A stretch of 63,875 bases of DNA, the filler included, from Trichomonas gallinae (Eukaryota), in the NCBI GenBank assembly GCA_008369845.1. It is 9 parts of 9 records of this genome, joined end to end, with 100 filler letters (N's around TTAATTAATTAA, not from the genome) between each part and the next. Parts side by side here need not be neighbours in the genome. Positions count along the whole stretch, not along the records: positions 35,239 to 44,081 come from MRSU01000176.1; positions 44,182 to 50,231 come from MRSU01000177.1; positions 50,332 to 56,610 come from MRSU01000178.1; 6 more parts are not named here. One strand, given 5' to 3'. The translations under genes were made by a program, and so were the position numbers. Below, in pieces: positions 40,244-51,059 of the stretch. The notes beneath the pieces were generated by a model. That model ran no database searches. It was not told the DNA's origin and saw only the letters and a program-made list of their open reading frames with translations. The stretch's first letter is position 1. Each line of letters starts with the position of its first letter.

Positions 40244-42106
40244 ATGATTACTGACCAGTTTAATCGAACGAAGACTGCAATACGTGATCATATTTCCATA
40301 TTACGTGATTTCAACCAAGATATCGAAGAAAAAGACCAAATTGTTGAGGTTATGGAGCAAAAATGCAAATCATTAGAACAAAAAGTCAGAAATCATCTAA
40401 TATCAATGAACAATATGAAGGAAAACATATTTTCTCAGATAAATGATCCAGATCCAGTCATTAAAACTAGAAAAACGATATATAAAAATGAAAAATCGGG
40501 TTTAGAAAGATTGTACAACAATTTATGCCAAACAAACGATGTAATACAGAAGAAAATCGAACTAATTACAGAAAATATCGAAAGGTTGAAACAAGAAAAT
40601 AAATATCTCGGCGATCTTGATAATTTAGAAGAATCGAATGTTACAGAGTCTCAATACAGCGAGACTAGTGACCAAAATTCAGAAATTCAGCTCGAAGAAA
40701 TGAAAGAAAAATATCAAGAAATAAATGAACAAATAAATGAAATTAGCACAAATTTATCAGAATTAACTGCTAGAAAATGCACATGCCAGTGTAAAAGAAC
40801 TGAGCTTATGCAGAGAATTCCGTCAATTCAAGAAGAAATAGAAATTTCTTGCCAAAATCATTTACAAAAACTTAAAATGCTAAAAGAAAACATTAGAGAA
40901 CAGAATGGTAATAGCATTTGTGAAGTTTCATGGCAAAATAATGTAGATTTCCAAAAACACAAATTAAATCAGTCAAAAAAGAAATTAGAAAAGAAAATCG
41001 ACGACACGAATGAAGAACTGTCAGCAGTTTTATCAGCAAAAGAGTTATTCACAGAAAAGCAAAACATGATGATCGACAAAATCAACAAAATAAAGACAGA
41101 GAAAAACGAAACAAAAAGAAAAACAGATGAAGTTGTTTCAAGGAACTTGAAGCTCCTCAAAGAGCAGAAATTCTCACTGACATCAATGAGGAATGATATA
41201 GAAGACTTAAAATTGCAAACAAAACACGAAAAAACACTAATTAAACTTTCTAACATGAAAATATGCCAATTGGAACAATCAATAGCAGAAACATCAACAG
41301 CAATGCGAAAAGAAGAATATAAGAGCGTTAGACAAGAAATTTCAACAAATAATTTTGATCCGACGAATCTTAACGCGAGTGAGCACGAACTAATAGCAGA
41401 GGCATTAGCAGTAACAATAGAAGACATTTACAGAAAGAGAACGAAAAAATTAGCCGAAATGAAGGAATTGGAAGAAAAAGCAGCCGAAAAAGTCGAAAAT
41501 CCTCGAATCAAAATCCCGAAATTCTACAGCAAAACAAAAGGAGAACTGAAGGAAGTTCTTAAGGAAATACTAGATCTAAACGATAAGATTGAATCCACAG
41601 AGAGATTATTGAAAGAAATCAAGCAGTCAATAAAAGACATCCACAAACAGAAGAAAATTGTCAAGAAGCTTGAAATTTCACTGAAACAAGATCATATCAT
41701 ACAAGAGAACGAGTTTCCATACAACATAATGCAGATTAAGCAAAACCACGCATCAGAGACGAGCAGACTACAGCGAGAAATCTCAATGAAAATGCTGAAA
41801 ATCGATGAAATAAAATCAAGAATAAACAAGAAACAGAAAATATTTGATCATATCACATCGCATTATGACATCTCCAAGAACATTTTAGATTTCGTTATAG
41901 TCACTCCTAAATATGATGATCCAGCAAGAAAAGAAAAATCGAATAGAGAGCAAAACTTATCTCATTTGATTTTCATTCTCGAGTCTTGCATTAAAGGCAT
42001 CAACGAACAGCTCAACAGCTTTAAGTTTGCATCGATCCAGTCTCTTTATGGATCACTTAATGACGTATGGAATGCATCTTTAGACAAGCAAATATCTAAG
42101 AAATAA
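40244..42106 (+). CDS. Hypothetical long coiled-coil protein (~620 aa)
   Basis: E/K/Q/I-rich heptads throughout. First ATG at 40244 in AAAA-ATG context. Confidence 0.8.
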   Translation: MITDQFNRTKTAIRDHISILRDFNQDIEEKDQIVEVMEQKCKSLEQKVRNHLISMNNMKENIFSQINDPDPVIKTRKTIYKNEKSGLERLYNNLCQTNDVIQKKIELITENIERLKQENKYLGDLDNLEESNVTESQYSETSDQNSEIQLEEMKEKYQEINEQINEISTNLSELTARKCTCQCKRTELMQRIPSIQEEIEISCQNHLQKLKMLKENIREQNGNSICEVSWQNNVDFQKHKLNQSKKKLEKKIDDTNEELSAVLSAKELFTEKQNMMIDKINKIKTEKNETKRKTDEVVSRNLKLLKEQKFSLTSMRNDIEDLKLQTKHEKTLIKLSNMKICQLEQSIAETSTAMRKEEYKSVRQEISTNNFDPTNLNASEHELIAEALAVTIEDIYRKRTKKLAEMKELEEKAAEKVENPRIKIPKFYSKTKGELKEVLKEILDLNDKIESTERLLKEIKQSIKDIHKQKKIVKKLEISLKQDHIIQENEFPYNIMQIKQNHASETSRLQREISMKMLKIDEIKSRINKKQKIFDHITSHYDISKNILDFVIVTPKYDDPARKEKSNREQNLSHLIFILESCIKGINEQLNSFKFASIQSLYGSLNDVWNASLDKQISKK

Positions 42107-42462
42107 CCAGTTTGTTATTATTTAATAAAATATTTTTGTTAGTTTTCAATCAAAATCATTATTTTTTAAAATTCCTAAATTTTATTGCATCATAGAATTA
42201 ATTTGACATATCTATCATGAGTTATGCATTTATTTCTATAATTATGTGCACATCAACTTTGGACACAGTAACTATGCCAATAATATTATTAGTAACAAGA
42301 GAATATGTATCAATATTAACCTGTGATATTACATTATTGAAAAATAATTACACTATTAGTTTTGAATTATTAGATAATATATGTACATTATATAATTTAA
42401 TATTGCATTGATAAATGCAGAAATTTTTTTTTGAGATTTGCTCTTCCACCTATTTTATTAAT

Positions 42463-43160
42463 TTATTTTTTAGTTTCTTTTGAAAGAGGGATGAAAAGTT
42501 TATCATCCCAACCACATGAAGTATCAGTGGGTAAGTTATACGAATATTTGGGAACATCACCCTTGAAGTTAGTAGATGAACCAGGTTTGAGAGCTTCACT
42601 CTTGAAGCTGGCAGATACACTGGATGAGCCAAGTTTGATACCGATAGTTCCAATTCGGGTACTGATAGTTCCAATACTAGATCCCATTTTAAGCATGTGA
42701 GCAAATGGTTTAGAAAAAGATGATGGATCTTTTGTTCGTTTTGTTTGATTTGATGAGCCAGGTTCTAATATTTTTAATGACTTCAGATCTGACAGTTTGA
42801 GCATCATGGATTCCATGTTTTTCAAATATATCAGTAACATAGAATATATTTTCGCATGTAAGAGGTTTTTTATCTAAGATTCTGATGTACGGCTTTGTAA
42901 ATTTTTTGATTCCTAGGAAATCACCTAATTGATATTGTTCTTTACTGTCATATTCTGGGTATTCTTTAGAGTATTCACCTTTTGTGAATATTTTGATCAA
43001 TGAATCTATGACGGAAAATTGAATTGATGGATTCAACGTATGCGTTCGCAATTTTCTCAGATACAATTGCATGACAAAGATGGGTTTCTATAATGCTGCC
43101 ATTGAAATAGATCCTACATGGCTCATCATTTTTGTACAGAATCGAGCGAATCATTAATAA
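42463..43160 (-). pseudogene. Fragmented gene of a BTB-like trichomonad family (copy 1)
   Basis: MIRSILYKNDEPCRIYFNGSIIETHLCHAIVSEKIA continues only after a frame change as IDSLIKIFTKGEYSKEYPE...LGIKKFTKPYIR. Paralogous to the adjacent copy 2. Confidence 0.6.
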
Positions 43161-43511
43161 AAATGAAATGAAACTAAACAAATTAAATTGAGAGCGATTT
43201 TTGACTTCGAAAAAATAATCAAATTTTTATATTATATGCATGATTGTATTGCAAAATATGAGTTTAAAACAGTTATATGTTTTTTTGACACTTTCAGGTG
43301 CAACAGCAACAATTATCACGACCAAAATAATGATTTTCAGGGAATTTTAAAATGAAAATGGTATATCGTACCGAATGATGGAGATGATTTTTGATATTTT
43401 TGCTGCCAATTCACTTATTTCCTTTATTGTCATTTCGTAAAGGAGAGTTAAATGATTTGCTAAATAGATTAGAACTTGAAGAACTAGCGCCAAATGGATT
43501 AGAAGACTGTT

Positions 43512-44081
43512 TTAAAAGTACCGTTTTGAGAATTCACAGGTTCGAACTTTTATTGTCTGTTTTGATGAGTCACATGGTAATATTGAAGGTTTCATGAATA
43601 TCCAAAGTGTTCTAACGACTTCATATCTCTCAGACAATTTGAAGATCAAGGATTCAAATTTTTCTAAAACACCGTTTGATGAACGATGGATATATATTAG
43701 TTCAAATAATTCAAAATATTCCATATTAAATTCTGCGAGATTTATTGCCAAATCAACCAATTTATCATAATAAGTAATTGTTATAGTTCTGTCTTTCATG
43801 AAGTCTTTGATAAATTGAGATGACTTTGTTGAAAAGTAGGCAAAAAGATCATTATCATCTCATTGATAAAAATTATCAGCAATAAATCTGTAACATTTTT
43901 CAGGATCTCCATGTTTTTCAAATATTTTAGTAACATCGAGAATATTCTCATATGAAAATGGATTCTTTTTTAAGTATCTGATATATGGCTTTATAAATTT
44001 TTTGATTCCTAAGTATTCTCCTAATTGAAAATATTCCTTGATCACATCTTCTGGATATTCTTTAGAGTATTCGCCTTTCGT
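43512..44081 (-). pseudogene. Paralogous gene (copy 2) with an in-frame TGA; 5' end truncated by gap
   Basis: TKGEYSKEYPEDVIKEYFQLGEYLGIKKFIKPYIR...NFYQ*DDNDLFAYFSTKSSQFIKDFMKDRT...: ORFs 43860..44045 and 43512..43799 are in the same frame, separated by one TGA at 43860-43862. Confidence 0.65.
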
Positions 44082-44181
44082 NNNNNNNNNNNNNNNNNNN
44101 NNNNNNNNNNNNNNNNNNNNNNNNNTTAATTAATTAANNNNNNNNNNNNNNNNNNNNNNNNNNNNNNNNNNNNNNNNNNNN
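44082..44181. other. Assembly gap/linker
   Basis: N44-TTAATTAATTAA-N44. Confidence 0.97.
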
Positions 44182-44926
44182 ACCTAAAATTATATTCCTT
44201 ATTTTTTATTAAGGTTAAATTTTTAAAACATGTATATGGCATTATAATATGATATAGATCCTATTTTATCAATTAAAGATTTAAGGTGATTTTTGTCTGC
44301 CCTTTTTTCCGGCGTCTGCCCTTTTTTCTTGCCACTCTATGTCATTTTGACATTAAACTACTTTACATGTCAAATTATAGTCAGATTTCAATAAGTTCAA
44401 AAATCTGACAATGTAATTTGACATTTTGACAATAAATAATTTTACGCGTCAATTGTCATAACATTATCATGATCTTGTTGTAGCTTTCCATGAAAATAAA
44501 AATCAAGAATATTGAAGTTTATTTCTTTGTTTCATTGGGTATATCGTCAGAAGAATACTAGAGTTTGAACAGTACCACACATATGTCCCATAATGTCATG
44601 GCTAACATCACCAGGTGGGTTTGGGTAATTTACTTTTCCTCTCCGAGAACATTTTTTTTTTCAAATAGTGAAAATCCTTTTTTTTTCTTTTATTTTTCAA
44701 CCTTATATACCATATATAGGAAAATTTTCTTTTATTTTTCATCTAAAAATGATTTCTTACCATTAATATTCATATTATCAAAATATTTTTCAAACTTATT
44801 ACTTAATGTTTTGTTATATATATGTATTAATATGTGATTTGATGCTTGTGTAGTAATGAAATGCAAATTAAAAAATTTTAATTTTTAATATCATATTTTG
44901 ATAACATAAAGTGTATTTGCAAATAG

Positions 44927-45586
44927 TTATTCGATTTTCTGCTTAAGTCTAACATCCTGGAGCTTCTGTCCTGTTGCGTATTCGTATTCATCGATTAACT
45001 GGTTCTTTCTGCAGTTACAGATGCATAAGAGTACAGCTTGGCCAACGAATAATGCGCCAATAATGTAAAGGATCGTTGAATACTTTCCGAATAATCCAGC
45101 CTTCTTTATTGGGTTTGGACGAGCAATTGTATACTCTTTGACTTCTATTTGTCCTAATTCTGACACAAATGCAGACATTGTCTTGTTTGTAAGTTGGACT
45201 GTGTAAGTGTAATTATTTAATATTTTTCCTTTGATAACCATTAATCCATCTGGTGTCATTTTGAAGTCATATGTTGCGAGGTGGCGTCCAGTATTAACAA
45301 AATCGATTAAATTTCCTGTTAATGGTGTTGTAGGTGCAATAACGAATTGAGCAAGCTCTCCATCGTTGTAATTATGGAATTTATTGATATCTCTTTCATC
45401 GAAATTTTGCCAGAATGATCCAACAACACGTTGTGTTGCCTGATCGAGATTGAATTCGATTGTGTAGTTTGGCTCTGCTTCTATGCTTACTCCATGCTCG
45501 AAGACATTCCATTCGCCGAGCACGAATTGATTCATTGATGCTTGTGCATCATCAGCACGTGAAAAAGCTAAAAATGCTGCAAACAT
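44927..45586 (-). CDS. Small type I membrane protein, function unknown
   Basis: Short signal-like MFAAFLAFSRA, beta-rich ectodomain, TM segment ILYIIGALFVGQAVLLCIC and a short cytosolic tail. Confidence 0.8.
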   Translation of the reverse strand: MFAAFLAFSRADDAQASMNQFVLGEWNVFEHGVSIEAEPNYTIEFNLDQATQRVVGSFWQNFDERDINKFHNYNDGELAQFVIAPTTPLTGNLIDFVNTGRHLATYDFKMTPDGLMVIKGKILNNYTYTVQLTNKTMSAFVSELGQIEVKEYTIARPNPIKKAGLFGKYSTILYIIGALFVGQAVLLCICNCRKNQLIDEYEYATGQKLQDVRLKQKIE

Positions 45587-46402
45587 TTTTTTTGAACGAA
45601 CTTTACATATCTTAAAATATTCAAAATATAGACTTATCAGACCATAAAACAATAGAATTTCTCATCCAAACCCGAAAATTTCAGATAAATGTAAAGAATC
45701 AAATATATCTGTAAATAAGTCAATATCAAGAGATTTGAGTACCAAAAATGTATTGGTATCAATGTGCATATGCTACACACTTATTAAACAATGCTATTGT
45801 TGTTGATACTTTTAATTCAAAAAATATTTTACAATAAATTCAAATATTAAACGACTAGATTATATTTTAATGGCATAAAAAAGAGTTTCCACTTAATGAT
45901 TTAAACTATTCATTCTTTTTCACATTTCTCAAAATTATTATGACCCAAAAGTTAGTTCACTGTGTATAATTTTAAAAGATACAATCGAATGCTTAATGCT
46001 TCGCTCAATTGATCAGAAGTTGGAAAATATTAGCATAATTTCACTACTTTAGACAACAATTTTATATATAAGCACTCATTTTTCATCACAGGAGTTAGCA
46101 TGTCACTTTGACAGTAAATCGTTGATTTTTGGTTGTTATTAAAAAAAATTTTCCTTCGCCAAATGTGTTCTGAACTGGAACACAGTATTTCACATTCATA
46201 TCATCATTGATAAACACAATTTTCCATCTCAAAACATAATATTGTATTTAATTATTTTTTTTTTTCTAAATCTCGCTGAAAAACAGTGTAAAACACGTCT
46301 GGAGATGAAAATTCAGTGTGCATTTAAATAATAACTGTTTATTTAAATAATCAATCAATCAATAACAAATAAATTCTCTATAGACTCTATAAAAGATTTT
46401 TT

Positions 46403-49255
46403 TCAGCCAGATCTTCTCTGGTTAACTTTAAGGATCTTTCCTTGGTTATTCAATAGCATTGATGCCAGTGTTCCATCATCAGGAAGCTTTGCGATGAAAT
46501 CATTTGCAAATTCGCACAAGTAGTAATTATATATTGGATCATCCATTACCATTGCTTTGATAGCAATCATTGGCGTGATTTTATGCAACTGTGCAATCAA
46601 ACGGGCTAATATTGCAGAAATCTCATTATATTCTCCACAGATTTCAATTGCAGTATTAGCAACGTCATCAATCGGAATGGCTTGGCATCCTTTGATATAG
46701 CACTGCAACAAAAATGCTGCAGCGTGTTGTGCGAAAGGTAATCTTTCCGATACAACTTCAAGAGCAACAGAAACAGTATCATCGAAGTCCTGGTTGTATC
46801 CAAACACTTCAACGAAGTTTCTCAAACCATCAAATGAAGCTTTCCTGTATTCTGGAATTTCTTCATGACAAAACTGTACAGCGGCCATAATAAACATGCT
46901 CATAACCTCTTCTGATGCAGCTCCTGAATAGCAAACGAACATGCTGAGAGCTGTGCACGCGTTTGTTTTAACTATCGTTTCATCCCTGTCTAAAAACTTG
47001 AACATCATGTTAAATATTGTCTCGCAATATCCGCTTGTTGGGTTTTTCATCACTAAGGCTAAAGTTCCGAAGCAGTCGAACAGCGAATCCAGCAGATCCC
47101 TTCTCTGCTCTATAAACGAGGACTGGTCTGTCGCTAAACTCTGGTCGATCTCAGTTGATTCATCCGCGCTCGCAATTAAATATCTCAAAAGAGGATCAAA
47201 AGCTTCGCTTATTTTTTCCGGACTCGATGCGAGCAAACCAAGTTTTAACGCCTGGAAAACTAAAGGCGTGACGAATGGGTCGAAGTCGAGCTCAATCATA
47301 GACAGACAGAAAGGAGAGAACTCGAAGAAAGCTGCTCCTTCTTTGTAAGCTCTCACAGCGCCAGCAACGACGTTTCTTTCAGGATTCTTTATCTCTCTGT
47401 GTATTATAGTCTGCAGTTCATTAAGTTCGCTTGGAGAGTAACTAAATAAGACACCCAGGGCCCACAAAGCACTTCCATGCGATTCAGCGATAGAAGGTGA
47501 CGAGTCTGTTTCATCATTCAGCTCGAATATCTGCATAAGCATCTGCAGATTGTCTTTCGAGTAATCAGTGGCCATCGGAGAAGGAAACAATCTTATCAGT
47601 CTTAAAATGGCCAAAGCTATTTCATTGTTCAGTTCAAAACTGTTCGCCATCAGCATCTGCTGCATCCTCTGGATGACGTCAGCTAAAATCGATGGGCAGA
47701 CTTTCGCTAAGCTGCACATTAATCGAGGGACGCCAAAAACTGTTTCACTGTTCTCCATCAAACTGTCGATGTTTATCAGTCCATGTAATCCTTCTTCACT
47801 CGGCCGTAATGTCATGATAATGGACGACAGCAAAGACAGAAGGTCTGACATCATGCTCAAGTATTTCTCTTTGTTGAGCTTCTTAAGAATTTTCGTGATA
47901 ATTTCTGTCGAAAAGGGCGGAGAGATTCCAGACTTCATCACTAAAATATCCAAGCAGCAGATGACGCTGCGTGTCTTCAAGTGCTGAGCGAGCAATTCAA
48001 CTATCTCGGAGTAGTACTGCATGACAGATGCGAAGCAGTAAGCAATTAATTCTAAAAGAAAAGATATCGTGTGTTCTTCGATTTTTTCTTCACCGCTCTG
48101 TAAACCAGCTGTTATTATCTCCATGGGGAAGTTCTGCGCGAAGTAGTCCCTGCAGGCAGGTGAAGCGAAACATGCCTCAATTATTATCATAACATTTATG
48201 TTACCTTCGTTAATCAGTTCTTCAATTATAGACAAAATTACAGCAGCGTCAATGTAGAATGATAAATAAGAAATAATTTTCTTGCAGCTTTGATAATCGA
48301 GAGTTCCATCATCTTCTTGTGCAGCTGCCATAGATAGGATGACCATAGTCCTAAATACTTCAGCAGGATCAGCTCCGATGTCGCCGTTGTCTTCAATTAT
48401 GAAACTCAAAGTTTTCTTGGCGAGTTTGCAAATTCTGAGCTTCATTTGCAGAGAAGTTTCTTCAGATCTTATGACTTCGAATGAATATGCAAGGAAAACA
48501 GGCGCCAACGATGAAAGATAAGGATAATGAACATTCATCACTCCACCAATTGTAGAAAAGATTCTCTTGCATTCTGTTTCTGATCTATTATATTCAACAC
48601 ATTGTTTGACGGCTTCAACAAGAGAACTGTCGAAGCTTTCGACGGATTCCCACATGTCTGGATTATCAAGTGAACAAGCGACTGAACTAAATAGCTCAAT
48701 TGCTTGTATTCTTGTAGATTCTTGTTGTGCAGTTAAAAATTGTTTAATTATTGCAGATATCGAAGAAAATAATTCAATCTGTGAATCAACTGAGAGATTA
48801 ACAAAAACAGTTTTAAGGATACAAAGAGCTAAGCTATTTTTCGGGTTTTCTGTTTGCAAAATCGAATAAGCAAATTCAATAATTTGTGGCCATTGAACAA
48901 AACGGAAAAGTTCTGCTGCAACTGAATCGAACACGTACCAAACATAGTTGAGAACATCTGTATTTGTTTCATTTTGAAATTCTGAGAAAAGGAAATTTTG
49001 AAAATTGCCAACAAAGCTTTCATCTTTGCAAAAACATTCGAATGATAATCTCTTGAATGTAATTTTCATATATTCGAAGCAATATATCTTGAAAATCGCG
49101 TCTGTTTGTTGACTTGCTAAATTAAATAAGGCGAAAAGGGAATTTGGGTCATATAAAGCGCGATCTATGTGCTGCGAGACTTCGTTCTGCTGCTCAGCAG
49201 ACGTACCACGCATAATACTGATCGCTTCAGTAAAGAAAGAGTTCAAATCATTCAT
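46403..49255 (-). CDS. ARM/HEAT-repeat protein, importin-beta-like (950 aa)
   Basis: Acidic all-helical composition and typical size. N-terminal pattern (QQNEVSQHI...LFALFNL...YMKITFKR) and QWPQIIEF resemble karyopherin-beta N-termini. Confidence 0.72.
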   Translation of the reverse strand: MNDLNSFFTEAISIMRGTSAEQQNEVSQHIDRALYDPNSLFALFNLASQQTDAIFKIYCFEYMKITFKRLSFECFCKDESFVGNFQNFLFSEFQNETNTDVLNYVWYVFDSVAAELFRFVQWPQIIEFAYSILQTENPKNSLALCILKTVFVNLSVDSQIELFSSISAIIKQFLTAQQESTRIQAIELFSSVACSLDNPDMWESVESFDSSLVEAVKQCVEYNRSETECKRIFSTIGGVMNVHYPYLSSLAPVFLAYSFEVIRSEETSLQMKLRICKLAKKTLSFIIEDNGDIGADPAEVFRTMVILSMAAAQEDDGTLDYQSCKKIISYLSFYIDAAVILSIIEELINEGNINVMIIIEACFASPACRDYFAQNFPMEIITAGLQSGEEKIEEHTISFLLELIAYCFASVMQYYSEIVELLAQHLKTRSVICCLDILVMKSGISPPFSTEIITKILKKLNKEKYLSMMSDLLSLLSSIIMTLRPSEEGLHGLINIDSLMENSETVFGVPRLMCSLAKVCPSILADVIQRMQQMLMANSFELNNEIALAILRLIRLFPSPMATDYSKDNLQMLMQIFELNDETDSSPSIAESHGSALWALGVLFSYSPSELNELQTIIHREIKNPERNVVAGAVRAYKEGAAFFEFSPFCLSMIELDFDPFVTPLVFQALKLGLLASSPEKISEAFDPLLRYLIASADESTEIDQSLATDQSSFIEQRRDLLDSLFDCFGTLALVMKNPTSGYCETIFNMMFKFLDRDETIVKTNACTALSMFVCYSGAASEEVMSMFIMAAVQFCHEEIPEYRKASFDGLRNFVEVFGYNQDFDDTVSVALEVVSERLPFAQHAAAFLLQCYIKGCQAIPIDDVANTAIEICGEYNEISAILARLIAQLHKITPMIAIKAMVMDDPIYNYYLCEFANDFIAKLPDDGTLASMLLNNQGKILKVNQRRSG

Positions 49256-50231
49256 TTAAAAATATAAGGGTCTTCTAAAATTTAGCAGGGGTCAGACAAA
49301 ATCACAATCAATGAAACCATATAATGAAACACAGTATTGATCATGATAATAATGCAGTTAGATTCTATTAGATAATATTACTTATATTATCATTGATTTA
49401 CATATTTTTATTATATATTTCACATTGCCTGAAAAAATCTTCAATTTTCTGGGAGGTTTTTTGAGAAAAACACGCATTTTGAGGCCCATTTTTCTAGAAT
49501 CGAGTATATCCATACATTTTTACTAATTTGATATCATATTCTTTAAATATGATCAGCGAAGTCATCATTTTTTTTACAAATATGATACACATCGTATATA
49601 TAACCAAATAAAGCAAGGTTGTTTTTAGGATAAAATTTGATACTTTCGTCTGATTAAAAAATGGATGAAATCATCAAAATTGTGAGAATTTTATTATATC
49701 ACATTTCGTGCCAATGAGGCCTAACAGAAATGTATTTTCGATACTTTTTTTTAAAGAAATTAAAAAAAAATTCTTAATAATGAGTAAGAATATCGAATAT
49801 ATGTTAGAAATGTAATGGATTCCGTTGTAATGATTTAATATTGAATGAGAAAATTATTGACTAGGTTAAAACAATGAATGATAAAAACATATGCAAGCCG
49901 AACCCAATTATACTTTTAAGGCAATCTTTTTGCTCATCGGCATCAATTATTTCAAATAGATTTTAGTACGAATCTGTCGATTTTAAGATTTGTACAAAGT
50001 TTGGGTAATTTTTCGGCAAAAAAGTCATAAATGCATCTTGTATTCGTCAAAGACTACTCTATGACGCATCATGCAGCTTAGACAAATACAAACCTGACTC
50101 GTTTAATATGCTGCATGCTAATTTAAAAATCTGACGGACTACCTTTTCAATCTTCAAAATTTCAATCTTTTATTTAGTTTACGTGTCAAAAACATTTTAT
50201 CTTTTATGTTTTATTTAATCTTTTCTCTATA

Positions 50232-50331
50232 NNNNNNNNNNNNNNNNNNNNNNNNNNNNNNNNNNNNNNNNNNNNTTAATTAATTAANNNNNNNNNNNNN
50301 NNNNNNNNNNNNNNNNNNNNNNNNNNNNNNN
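50232..50331. other. Assembly gap/linker
   Basis: N44-TTAATTAATTAA-N44. Confidence 0.97.
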
Positions 50332-51059
50332 GGAATTGACCCTCTATATTTTATGTTTGGAATGTATCCTCTATATTTAGAATGGCAAGTAACCCCAGTC
50401 ATATACTACTATCGAAAATATCAAAATTGTATAATTTAAATATAACTAATATAAATATATTCAAGAATTAGTTTAATATAAGCAGTTATAGCAAGAAATA
50501 AAATGGCACAATTAATTGGAATCTTAAAAACCTTACATAATGAATAGTTGGCCATGGATAACTTTCCGTTTGCCATCATGTATCTATATTTTAATATGTA
50601 AAGATTGTCAATTAATTTCCTCACCGATTGCTGTCAAAAGAAAACAAAATTTTACGATTATTTTGAATTTAAAAAATAGGAAAGGAAATATTGTAAATAT
50701 TACAGTGAATTCACTTTACAATATTTTGAATTTTAAAGATTTTAAAAATGTGCTTTTACGCCCGTATTTATCAATTTTCTGTCAAATCGTATTTTGAGAA
50801 CATAACGATGATTTTAAATTTAAAATATATAAAAACGGAAATATTCTAAATACTATAAATACAAATTTAATATGAATTTTAATTTTTGCTGATACGCCCG
50901 TGTGATTCAATTTTTTTGGCAAATCACGATCACGTTTTGAGGGTAAAACGATTATTTATTTTTTTTGTTACTTATCAACATTGAAAATTATTTAAATTTA
51001 TTAACAGATTAGTAATTTACATTATGTAATTAACCAAAATTTGCTCAAAAATCTACTTG

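Noticed and set aside
43860..43862. In-frame TGA as selenocysteine or an alternative genetic code
   Set aside because: Other genes here use TGG for Trp and TGA as a normal stop (e.g. 37459, 53750), and the locus shows other signs of decay.
45998..46010. GCTTCGCTCAATT shared with the 61-kb hairpin centre
   Set aside because: Only a 13-nt match without the complementary arm; it may be chance.
50332..50400. CCTCTATATTT direct repeat ending near GTAACCCC at a contig edge, as a Mutator-like TIR
   Set aside because: Too short, with no partner end, TSD or transposase in the window.
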